Shown: positions 1 through 7,688 of the stretch, piece after piece
Position numbering within the stretch: the stretch's first letter is position 1
Layout of the letters: each line of letters begins with the position of its first letter
Assembly: GCA_029932895.1 (NCBI GenBank)
Contig: JAOZPF010000004.1
Coordinates: 1 to 32,353 of the forward strand
Direction: 5' to 3'
DNA from: Anaerolineae bacterium
Lineage (GTDB): Bacteria > Chloroflexota > Anaerolineae > B4-G1 > DUEL01
Length of the DNA: 32,353 nucleotides
Made by a program: the position numbers and the translations under genes
The notes under the pieces: generated by a model
Seen by the model: only the letters and a program-made list of their open reading frames with translations
The model's database searches: none
What the model was told of the DNA's origin: nothing

Positions 1-1
1 C

Positions 2-628
2 ACTCTGCTTCTCCCCGACGAGGGGCGAATCACGGTCTTTGGCCACGATGTGCGCAAGGAGGAGATGGCCGTCAAGCGACTCATCAACCGCGTCTCGGTG
101 GAGGCATCGTTCTTCAAAAAGCTGACGCCGATGGAGAACCTCCTCTACGGCGCGCGGCTGTATGGGATGGAGGGACGGGAAGTGCGACGGCAAGTGGTCG
201 ATATCCTGGCTCGCCTAGGGCTCAAGAAGGAGGATGTTTACCGGCCAATGGAGGAGATGAGCCGGGGTATGCAACAAAAGGTCGCTATCGCCCGCGCCTT
301 CCTCACCCAGCCGATCCTCCTCCTGCTGGACGAGCCGACGACGGGGTTGGACCCCCGCTCGAAGCGGGAGGTGCAGTCGTTCGTGGAGGAGCTGCGCGAC
401 GACCACGACGCCACGATCCTGCTGACCACTCACGACATGCAGGAGGCCGATGTCCTCTGCGACCGGGTGGCGATCCTCGATGAGGGGCAGATCGTGGCCT
501 TGGACACCCCCGCCGGTCTCAAGAGCCTGGTGGAACGCACCAATGACCACGAGGTAACGCTGGAGGAGGTCTTTATGGAGCTGACCGGCAAGCATCTGCA
601 GCAGGAAAAAGAACAAAGGGGGTACTGA
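2..628 (+). CDS. ABC transporter ATP-binding protein (5' end lies outside the window)
   Basis: The frame is open from nt 2 (TLLLPDEGRITVFGHDV...), so the GTG at 50 is not the true start. It has a signature-like MSRGMQQK, Walker B LLLLDEPTTGLD and H-loop LTTHDM. Stop TGA is at 626-628. Confidence 0.9.
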   Translation, partial: TLLLPDEGRITVFGHDVRKEEMAVKRLINRVSVEASFFKKLTPMENLLYGARLYGMEGREVRRQVVDILARLGLKKEDVYRPMEEMSRGMQQKVAIARAFLTQPILLLLDEPTTGLDPRSKREVQSFVEELRDDHDATILLTTHDMQEADVLCDRVAILDEGQIVALDTPAGLKSLVERTNDHEVTLEEVFMELTGKHLQQEKEQRGY

Positions 629-1653
629 TGTCTGGGAACAATATCGATCTGGAAGAATTGGCCGCCAGGCTGGATATACCCGGGCTGACCCTGCGTCGCT
701 TCCGTGGCACTCGAGACCTGCCCGCTATGGTCTCGGTCGTCAACCGGAGCGAGCAGGCCGATGGGATGGACTATGTGCTCACAATCGAACAGATGGCAAA
801 CCGGTTCGCCCACCTGACCAATACCGATCCGTACCAGGACCTGGTCTTGATCGAGGTCTCTGGAGAGCTGGTGGGGTATAACAGTGTCCGGTGGTGGCAG
901 GAACTGGAGGGAACGCGGATCTATTTTCACTATGGTTTCCTGTTGACTGAATGGCGGGGACGGGGGATTGAAGAGGTGATGTTGGACTATGGCGAACGAC
1001 GGCTGCGCCAGATCGCCGCCAGCCATCCGGCCGATGTCCCCCGTTTCTTCTCTACCTACGCCTTCAAGACTCAGCAGGACAAGATAGCGTTGCTGCGCCG
1101 GTGGGGATATGAGCCCGTGCGCCACTTTTACGAGATGATCCGTGATGGTCTTGATGACCTGCCTCCCGCGCCGCTCCCCCCTGGCCTGGAGGTCCGCCCC
1201 GTCGAGCCCGACCAGTATCGGGCGATATGGGAGGCTAACGAGGAGGCTTTCCGCGATCACTGGGGATATGGAGAAAAGGAAGAGGAGGACTATCAGCGCT
1301 GGTTGGGGGACCCACAACTGGCACCCGATCTGTGGCAGGTGGCCTGGGACGGCGACCAAATTGCTGGGGTAGCTCTCAATTCGATAGACGAGGAGGAGAA
1401 CGCTGCCTACAACCGCAAGCGGGGATACGTGGAAGACCTCAGCGTGCGCCGCCCGTGGCGCGGGCGCGGTCTGGGCCGCGCCCTGCTGGTGCGCAGTCTG
1501 GCCCTCTTTCGTGAGCGTGGCATGACCGAGGCCGTCCTCGGCGTGGACACTGAGAACCCGACCGGCGCGTTGCGGCTCTATGAAAGCGTCGGCTTTCGCC
1601 CGCTCAAGGAGAGCGCAAGCTATCGCAAGCCGTTACAGGAGGGAGATGGATAA
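628..1653 (+). CDS. GNAT family N-acetyltransferase with two tandem GNAT domains (mycothiol-synthase-like architecture)
   Basis: The ATG overlaps the upstream stop (TGATG). The N-terminal half has GFLLTEWRGRGIEEVM. The C-terminal half has the classic acetyl-CoA loop YVEDLSVRRPWRGRGLGRALL and LYESVGF. Confidence 0.8.
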   Translation: MSGNNIDLEELAARLDIPGLTLRRFRGTRDLPAMVSVVNRSEQADGMDYVLTIEQMANRFAHLTNTDPYQDLVLIEVSGELVGYNSVRWWQELEGTRIYFHYGFLLTEWRGRGIEEVMLDYGERRLRQIAASHPADVPRFFSTYAFKTQQDKIALLRRWGYEPVRHFYEMIRDGLDDLPPAPLPPGLEVRPVEPDQYRAIWEANEEAFRDHWGYGEKEEEDYQRWLGDPQLAPDLWQVAWDGDQIAGVALNSIDEEENAAYNRKRGYVEDLSVRRPWRGRGLGRALLVRSLALFRERGMTEAVLGVDTENPTGALRLYESVGFRPLKESASYRKPLQEGDG

Positions 1654-2482
1654 CGCAATGGCTCAAATCATACGTGAAATCCGCGCTTCCTATGCCTTTG
1701 TGGAGCGCAACTTTAATCTGATCCGGCGGTACTGGGGCTGGGAGGTGGTCTGGCTGGCCTACTCCATCGCCTCCACCCTTTCCATCACCTACATCGGCGC
1801 CGGGATGGAGGCCATCTCCGGCGTGCAGATGGACACCGACTACCTGATCCTCTACCTGCTCATCGGCACGATGGTCTGGCGGTTCCTAGCCATCATCTTT
1901 GACAACATCAGCGAGATGATCGCCTGGGAGCGGTGGGAGGACACCATTGAGTATACCTTTATGGCTCCAATCACCCGTTTCACCCACATGATGGGCCAGA
2001 CCATTTTCTCGATCCTCTACAGCCTGATCTTTACCGCCATCATCCTGGGCGTGGTGGCGCTCTTTTTCCACCTCGACCTGGGTGGGGCCAACCTGTGGGG
2101 AGCGACGCTGATGCTCCTGGCCGGCAGCCTCTCCTTCATCGGCCTGGGCATTGTCGCCTCGGTGTTGCCGCTGCTCTTTCCAGAGCGAGGGGCACAGATG
2201 ACCAACGTCGTCCAGGCGGTCTTTTTGCTTATCTCGGGGGTTTATTACCCCATCGAGGTCCTGCCGGCCTGGATGCAGCCGCTGGCGCGGCTCTCTCCGG
2301 CGACCTTTGTGCTGGAAGGAATGCGGTCCACTATCCTAGAGGGGGCGGCGACGCGCACCCTGTGGCCTCTCCTCTGGCCGCTCCTGGTGGCGGGGGTGGC
2401 TGCTATCCCCATCGGGCTGTGGGTCTTTGGGCGAGGGGAACGGTACGCCAAACGGACCGGCAAGCTCAAGCGGAATGGCTAA
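1646..2482 (+). CDS. ABC-2 type transporter permease
   Basis: The protein is hydrophobic with about 6 predicted TM segments and the usual N-terminal YAFVERNFNLIRRYW of ABC-2 permeases. The start is ATG 1646 or ATG 1658, just after AGGAGGGAG. The 1580 start in the track overlaps the GNAT gene and is rejected. Confidence 0.85.
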   Translation: MDNAMAQIIREIRASYAFVERNFNLIRRYWGWEVVWLAYSIASTLSITYIGAGMEAISGVQMDTDYLILYLLIGTMVWRFLAIIFDNISEMIAWERWEDTIEYTFMAPITRFTHMMGQTIFSILYSLIFTAIILGVVALFFHLDLGGANLWGATLMLLAGSLSFIGLGIVASVLPLLFPERGAQMTNVVQAVFLLISGVYYPIEVLPAWMQPLARLSPATFVLEGMRSTILEGAATRTLWPLLWPLLVAGVAAIPIGLWVFGRGERYAKRTGKLKRNG

Positions 2483-2500
2483 CTGACCCGGCGCGAAAAG

Positions 2501-2524
2501 GCGCGGCCGAGCACTCGGCCGCGC
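2501..2524 (+). terminator. GC-rich perfect hairpin after the ABC operon (weak U-tract)
   Basis: GCGCGGCCGAG (2501-2511) pairs perfectly with CTCGGCCGCGC (2514-2524). Only TT follows, so it may be a terminator or just a stabilising hairpin. Confidence 0.45.
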
Positions 2525-2569
2525 TTGGCGTTGGCGTTCCCTCCACTCGCCCTTTGTGTCAGAGTCGGG

Positions 2570-2575
2570 TATAAT
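2570..2575 (+). promoter_or_regulatory. Candidate -10 box (TATAAT) giving a near-leaderless HAD transcript
   Basis: A perfect TATAAT lies 10 nt upstream of ATG 2586. No convincing -35 element and no SD sequence in between. Confidence 0.35.
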
Positions 2576-2585
2576 AGGCCCTCGT

Positions 2586-3299
2586 ATGGACAGACCTGCG
2601 CTTATCCTGGACGCCGACGACACCCTTTGGGAGAACAATATCTTTTACGAGAAGGCAACGGACGATTTCGCCGCGCGCATGGCTCGCGAGGGGTTCGACC
2701 CCGACCAAGCTCGCCAGACATTCACGCAGATCGAACACGAACGAGTGCTCCTGGTCGGCTACGCCCCTCGGGAATTCGCCCACAGTATGGTGATCGCCTA
2801 CCGTCTCCTGTGCGAACAAAGTAGTCGTCCCCCACTCCCAAAAGTGGAAGCGGCGGTAGAGGCCATTGGACTTGGCGTGGTCGATTACCCCATCCTGCTA
2901 CTGGAAGGGGTGGCCGAGACGTTGCCCCAACTCCACCTCCGCTGCCGGCTGTTCCTCCTCACCAAAGGCGACCTCCAGGTGCAACGACGCAAGATCGACC
3001 GCTCCGGTCTGGCCCACTACTTTGAATCGCTTCACGTGGTGCCGGAAAAGGGCCCCCAGGTCCTAAAGGAACTGGTGGCTCGCCACAAGCTGGACCCCAA
3101 CGCCACCTGGATGGTAGGGAACAGCCCCCGCTCCGACGTCAACCCCGCCCTCGAAGCCGGCATCGGCGCTATCCATATTCCCTACGCTGTGCCGTGGTCG
3201 TTCGAGCAGGTTCCCCTCACCGACCCCACGCGGGTGATCACGCTGCGCCGTTTTTCCGACCTGCTCACTCTGTTTCCCCAGAGAGGGGGTGAGCGTTGA
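2586..3299 (+). CDS. HAD superfamily hydrolase
   Basis: Motif I is LILDADDTLWEN (DxDxT). Motif III/IV region is KGD...MVGNSPRSDV. The start is taken as ATG 2586 (MDRPALILDADD), not the GTG at 2556. Confidence 0.8.
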   Translation: MDRPALILDADDTLWENNIFYEKATDDFAARMAREGFDPDQARQTFTQIEHERVLLVGYAPREFAHSMVIAYRLLCEQSSRPPLPKVEAAVEAIGLGVVDYPILLLEGVAETLPQLHLRCRLFLLTKGDLQVQRRKIDRSGLAHYFESLHVVPEKGPQVLKELVARHKLDPNATWMVGNSPRSDVNPALEAGIGAIHIPYAVPWSFEQVPLTDPTRVITLRRFSDLLTLFPQRGGER

Positions 3300-4549
3300 C
3301 CCGCGCCGTCATTTTCGACTGGGGCGCGGTGCTGATGCGCACTGTGGACATTCGCTCCCGCATGGCGTGGGAGCGCCGGCTGGGGCTGGCACCGGGCGAT
3401 CTGGCCGACCTCTTTTTCCGCGGCGCGACATGGCAGGATGCCCAGCGCGGGCGGGCGACGACGGACGACGCCTGGGCCGAGGTGGCCCGCCACCTGGGGC
3501 TGGACGAGGAGGGAACTGCTATCCTGCGCCAGGACTTTTGGGCCGGTGACCGGCTGGACGAGGACCTGGTGACATTGATCCGCGAACTGCGAGCTGGCGG
3601 CCTGCGCGTCGCGCTGCTGAGCAACTTTGCGGCCGAGTTGCCGGCCCTATTGACCGATATGGGCCTGAGCGACCTGTTCGATATAGTCGTCGTCTCTGGC
3701 CTGGAGGGAGTGATCAAGCCCAATGCGGCGATCTACCAGCGGACGCTGGAGCGGCTGGGTGTCGCTGCCGAGGAGGCTATCTTTATCGACGACCAGCAGG
3801 CCAATGTGAAGGCGGCCCGCGACCTGGGGATAACCTCCGTGCGTTTCCGGGGGACGCTTCACCTCCGGCGGGCGCTGGCGGCGACCGGCCTGCCGGTGGA
3901 GGTCCCCCCTCTGCGCTCGCTTCCCTCCATCCGCGCCGTCATCTTTGATTGGGGCGGCGTGTTCTCGCCCCTCACCTTCCGCCAGCACACACAGGAGTGG
4001 GAAAAACGGCTCGGCTTGGCAGGGGGAGAACTGGAGCGGATCCTCTGGGGTAGAGAATGGAAACGGCTCGAGGTCGGCGCTATCACCCCCCAAGAGTTCG
4101 ACGAGCATGTAGCGCACAGTCTGGGCCTGCCGGACCGGCCGGCCGTCCAGTCGTTCTACCGCGCCTACTATGCCGACGAGCACATCGAGTGGAAGGTGGC
4201 CCACGCCGCGCGCACCCTGCGGGACCGCTACCAGGTGGCAATGCTGACCAACGCGTTCCCGGGCCACGCTGAACTGAGCACCGAACGGCACGGCTTTGAC
4301 CCGCGAGCCGAGTTCGATCTCTATGTCAATTCTGCCGAGGTAAGGCTGGCTAAACCCGACCCCGCGGTGTACCAACTGGTTTTGGACCGCCTGGATGTCT
4401 CGCCCGGCGAGGTCGTTTTCCTGGACGACATGGTGCGCAACACGGACGCAGCCCAGGCGTTGGGGATGCACACCATCGTCTTTGCCAGCGTCGACACCAA
4501 CCTGCGCGACCTGGAGACGCTGCTTGGCGTTACAGTATTGCCGGATTGA
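3296..4549 (+). CDS. Fused double HAD-like hydrolase (two YihX-like IA-type modules)
   Basis: The TTG start overlaps the upstream stop (TTGA) and is preceded by GAGGGGGTGA. Two collinear modules each begin AVIFDWG(A/G)V...WE(R/K)RLGL and end K-P...(F)(I/L)DD. Confidence 0.8.
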   Translation: MTRAVIFDWGAVLMRTVDIRSRMAWERRLGLAPGDLADLFFRGATWQDAQRGRATTDDAWAEVARHLGLDEEGTAILRQDFWAGDRLDEDLVTLIRELRAGGLRVALLSNFAAELPALLTDMGLSDLFDIVVVSGLEGVIKPNAAIYQRTLERLGVAAEEAIFIDDQQANVKAARDLGITSVRFRGTLHLRRALAATGLPVEVPPLRSLPSIRAVIFDWGGVFSPLTFRQHTQEWEKRLGLAGGELERILWGREWKRLEVGAITPQEFDEHVAHSLGLPDRPAVQSFYRAYYADEHIEWKVAHAARTLRDRYQVAMLTNAFPGHAELSTERHGFDPRAEFDLYVNSAEVRLAKPDPAVYQLVLDRLDVSPGEVVFLDDMVRNTDAAQALGMHTIVFASVDTNLRDLETLLGVTVLPD

Positions 4550-4607
4550 GCGGCCTTTTTCCACCGGAAAGCATCGCGCCTAGTAGCTACCGGGGTCGCG
4601 CAACTGG

Positions 4608-4636
4608 TTGACTTGCTCTGCAAGAACGAGTATAAT
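4608..4636 (+). promoter_or_regulatory. Sigma70-type promoter TTGACT-N17-TATAAT
   Basis: TTGACT at 4608-4613, a 17-nt spacer, then TATAAT at 4631-4636, in the intergenic region upstream of the DUF4388 gene. Confidence 0.65.
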
Positions 4637-4700
4637 CAGGCCGACCTACCCGGAGAAGGGGGCATAACCTCTTGTCCCATTGCAAAAAGGCGAACGGCGT

Positions 4701-5540
4701 ATGGCATTAAAAGGAAACCTGCGGGATTTTAGCACAACTCAGCTTCTGAACCTCGTCAACTTGGCGCGCAAGACCGGCACGCTCGCCATCGAGGGGCGAG
4801 ATGGACAGGTGCAGATGTGCTTCAAGGAGGGCAAGCTGATCTATGCCCGAATGAATGGGCAGGACGATCGGCTGGTAAGCATCCTCTTGAAAGCCGGCAA
4901 GATCACCGATGAACTCGCCCGTACCATTCGCGCCCGCTCCGACATCAAGGACGACCGCGAGTTGGGAGTGTTATTGAGCAATGCCGGCTATGTCACCCAG
5001 AGTGACATCGCCGATAGCGTCCGCAACTATACCCTGGGCATCGTCTACAAGCTCTTTACCTGGTCGGACGGCATGTTCCGCTTTGAACCCACCCTGCTCC
5101 CCATCCAGGGGCGCATCACAATTCCCATCAACCTGGAAAACGTGATCATGGAGGGCAGCCGCCGCCTCAAAGAGTGGGAGCGGCTGCAAGAAGAGCTGCC
5201 CAACCTGGACATGGCACTGCGCTTTACCGACCGCCCCGACGCGCGGCTGCGCACGATCAATCTGGCCGTCGAAGAATGGCGCGTGGTCTCTTTCATCAAC
5301 CCCCGCAACACGATCCGCCAGATCGCCCAGTACAACAATATGAGCGATTTTCAGATCCGGCGGATCGTCTATGGCCTCCTGCAGGCGGGACTGGTAGAGA
5401 TCGTCCAACCAGAAGGGGTGGAACCCAAGCCCGTGTCTGGTCCAGCAGGGGCACCGCCCCCCGCCCCAGTAGCCCGGAGGCGTCCTGCTGTCAAGCGGAG
5501 TGTCATTCGCAGGTTGATCGATCGCATTCGGGAGTTGTAA
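4701..5540 (+). CDS. DUF4388 / PATAN domain protein with Pro/Ala linker and basic C-terminal tail
   Basis: The N-terminus MALKGNLRDFSTTQLLNLVNLARKTGTLAIE is the typical DUF4388 opening. The C-terminus is PAGAPPPAPVARRRPAVKRSVIRRLIDRIREL. An in-frame TTG at 4680 is an alternative start. Confidence 0.8.
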   Translation: MALKGNLRDFSTTQLLNLVNLARKTGTLAIEGRDGQVQMCFKEGKLIYARMNGQDDRLVSILLKAGKITDELARTIRARSDIKDDRELGVLLSNAGYVTQSDIADSVRNYTLGIVYKLFTWSDGMFRFEPTLLPIQGRITIPINLENVIMEGSRRLKEWERLQEELPNLDMALRFTDRPDARLRTINLAVEEWRVVSFINPRNTIRQIAQYNNMSDFQIRRIVYGLLQAGLVEIVQPEGVEPKPVSGPAGAPPPAPVARRRPAVKRSVIRRLIDRIREL

Positions 5541-5543
5541 TCA

Positions 5544-6092
5544 ATGCAGACGCTCAAGATGGTGGTGACCGGCCCGTTTGCGGCGGGCAAAACGCAGTTC
5601 ATCCAAACCATTAGCGAGATCGACGTCGTCGCCACCGAGCGCAAGCTGAGCCGCGACGAGGAGCGGATCAAGGACCAGACCACTGTCGCGATGGACTTTG
5701 GACGGATCACCATCGACGAGGACCTGGTCCTCTACCTTTTCGGCACCCCAGGTCAGCGCCGCTTTGACTTTATGTGGGAGATTCTCTCCGAAGGGATGCT
5801 GGGCTTTGTCGTGGTGGTCGACAGCGTGCGGCCCGAGACATTCCGTGAAGCCCGCAGTATCCTGGATACGTTCCGCGCTTACGCCCCCACGCCGTACGTG
5901 GTGGCAGCCAACAAGCAGGACCAGGAGGACGCCTGGTCACCCGACGACCTGCGCATCGCTTTGCGCATCGCCTCAGAGATCAAGGTCCTCCCCTGCGTGG
6001 CGACGGATAAGGAAAGTGTCAAGCAGGTCCTGCTCGAATTGCTCTATGCCATACTAGAGATCATGGACGAGGAGGAAGAAGAGGCTGAATGA
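5544..6092 (+). CDS. Small Ras-like GTPase (COG2229 / CvnD-MglA-like ATP/GTP-binding protein)
   Basis: G1 is GPFAAGKT, G3 is LFGTPGQRRF, G4 is NKQD. The tail is acidic (DEEEEEAE). GGGAG lies 9 nt upstream, and the gene starts 3 nt after the DUF4388 stop. Confidence 0.85.
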   Translation: MQTLKMVVTGPFAAGKTQFIQTISEIDVVATERKLSRDEERIKDQTTVAMDFGRITIDEDLVLYLFGTPGQRRFDFMWEILSEGMLGFVVVVDSVRPETFREARSILDTFRAYAPTPYVVAANKQDQEDAWSPDDLRIALRIASEIKVLPCVATDKESVKQVLLELLYAILEIMDEEEEEAE

Positions 6093-6113
6093 TCCTCCTG
6101 ATGGCCCGAGGGG

Positions 6114-6174
6114 GCGGATGCCCGGTACCCGTCGTGCCTCAGGCCGTCCGGGGTCGGCGCGTCCGCTCTTTTTT
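6114..6174 (+). terminator. Candidate intrinsic terminator (long GC-rich structure plus T6)
   Basis: GCGGATGC (6114-6121) pairs with GCGTCCGC (6159-6166), with one G-U wobble, enclosing inner CCGG/CCGG pairing. The structure is followed by TCTTTTTT (T-run 6169-6174). Confidence 0.4.
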
Positions 6175-6235
6175 GACAGAGGCGTGTCATCAAGACCATC
6201 CGGGCGCGATAATTTGAGCACAGGGACATCAAGCA

Positions 6236-7021
6236 ATGAGTTCAATCGTCACTGACCGTGGAGTGGTGCATTACGAGGCGTATGGGCGCGGGTTGCCGGT
6301 GGTGCTGCTCCACTGCTGGATGGGCTCGTGGGGCTACTGGCTCAGCACGATGGAGGCCCTGAGCGACAAGTACAAGACCTATGCCTTGGACTTTTGGGGA
6401 TTTGGTGATTCAACCAAGCGGAGCGGACAATATAATGTCCCTGATTATGTGGAGATGGTGGTGCAGTTCATGGAACGGCTGGGATTGCAAAGGGCTCCCG
6501 TGATGGGCCATTCGATGGGAGGCACTGTCTCATTGAGCCTGACCCTGAACCACCCCGAACTGGTCCAGAAGGTGGCTGTCTCTGGCTCCCCTATCAACGG
6601 CGACGGGTTGTCGCTGCTGCTCAAATTGGCCGCCAAACGCTTTCTGGCCTCCATGGCCTACAACATCCCCGGCGTGCTGCCCATCGGCATTCGCCTCATC
6701 TCCCCCTTTTGGGCGCGAGACTGGCGGACCTGGTATGCGATGTTCGAGCAGGACCTCTCTCGTACCACCGCCGAATCATTTCACTACAGCATCGCCTCTC
6801 TGCGCAAAACCGACCTCACACCACGACTGCACGAAATCCGAGTGCCAGCGCTGGGAATCTATGGCCGCAAGGACCGCATCGTCAATCCCAACCAGGGCGC
6901 ATTGCTGACCGATAACGCCCCGCTGGGCACAGTGGCCTACTTTGAGAACTCGGGCCACTTTCCGATGTTGGACGAGCCGGAAAAGTTTCACCGCACACTG
7001 CGCGAATTCCTGGACCGGTAG
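6236..7021 (+). CDS. Alpha/beta hydrolase (intact Ser-Asp-His triad)
   Basis: HCWMGSW oxyanion region. The nucleophile elbow is GHSMGG, with Ser93 encoded by TCG 6512-6514. Also GRKDRIV and NSGHFPMLDEP. A GATAAT box sits at 6208-6213 upstream. Confidence 0.9.
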   Translation: MSSIVTDRGVVHYEAYGRGLPVVLLHCWMGSWGYWLSTMEALSDKYKTYALDFWGFGDSTKRSGQYNVPDYVEMVVQFMERLGLQRAPVMGHSMGGTVSLSLTLNHPELVQKVAVSGSPINGDGLSLLLKLAAKRFLASMAYNIPGVLPIGIRLISPFWARDWRTWYAMFEQDLSRTTAESFHYSIASLRKTDLTPRLHEIRVPALGIYGRKDRIVNPNQGALLTDNAPLGTVAYFENSGHFPMLDEPEKFHRTLREFLDR

Positions 7022-7026
7022 GAAGT

Positions 7027-7665
7027 ATGGAAAAAACACCAGAGATCGATGCACTCCAAGAGCCGTATTTCCCCAACAAAATGGGGCGAATTCTGCTGTT
7101 GGCGATGGAAGAGGTGATGGGGCGTAACGGTGTCAACGCCCTGTTGAACCTGACAAACTTGAGAAAATGGGCCGAATACCCGCCCAATAACTTTGACATG
7201 GAGTTCCCGTTCAGCGACATGTCCCGCCTGATCGGAGGGTTGGAGGAGGTGTACGGCACGCGCGGGGGACGGGGGCTGGCCCTCCGCGCCGGCCACGCCT
7301 GCTTCCGCTTTGGCGTCAAGGACCTGGGCCCTATGCTGGGCGTGGCCGACCTGGCCCTGCGCGTGATGCCGCTGACGATGAAGATCAAGATCGGCTTTGA
7401 GGTGCTGGCCGAGGTCTTTAACAAGTTCAGCGACCATCAGGTACGGCTGGAGGAGGAGGACGAGTCTTTTCTCTGGATCATTGAGCAATGCGGTGTCTGT
7501 TGGGGCCGAAAAGCGTCTGCCCCTACCTGCCACCTGGCCGTGGGCATTCTCCAGGAAGGGCTCTTCTGGGTTAGCGGAGGCCAGAGCTTTGAGGTCGAAG
7601 AGATCTCTTGCATCGCCGTGGGAGACGAGACCTGTACGATCCGAATTGACAAGGAACCGATCTGA
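7027..7665 (+). CDS. V4R (4-vinyl-reductase-type) small-molecule-binding domain protein
   Basis: The C-terminal block is EQCGVCWGRKASAPTCHLAVGILQEGLFWVSGGQSFEVEEISCIAVGDETCTIRI, typical of V4R domains. Starts 5 nt after the upstream stop. Confidence 0.75.
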   Translation: MEKTPEIDALQEPYFPNKMGRILLLAMEEVMGRNGVNALLNLTNLRKWAEYPPNNFDMEFPFSDMSRLIGGLEEVYGTRGGRGLALRAGHACFRFGVKDLGPMLGVADLALRVMPLTMKIKIGFEVLAEVFNKFSDHQVRLEEEDESFLWIIEQCGVCWGRKASAPTCHLAVGILQEGLFWVSGGQSFEVEEISCIAVGDETCTIRIDKEPI

Positions 7666-7688
7666 CGAAAAACTGAAGGCTGGTCAGA

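Noticed and set aside
430-1359. 309-aa ORF on the minus strand
   Set aside because: It lies entirely antisense to the ABC ATPase and GNAT genes, which have clear motifs. It has no recognisable domains. Long open antisense frames are expected at this GC content.
3647-4564. 305-aa minus-strand ORF
   Set aside because: It is antisense to the double-HAD gene, which shows an internally consistent duplicated motif pattern.
6431-6436. Perfect TATAAT inside the first alpha/beta hydrolase gene
   Set aside because: It lies within a coding region with no -35 element and no downstream gene start, so it is most likely a chance occurrence.
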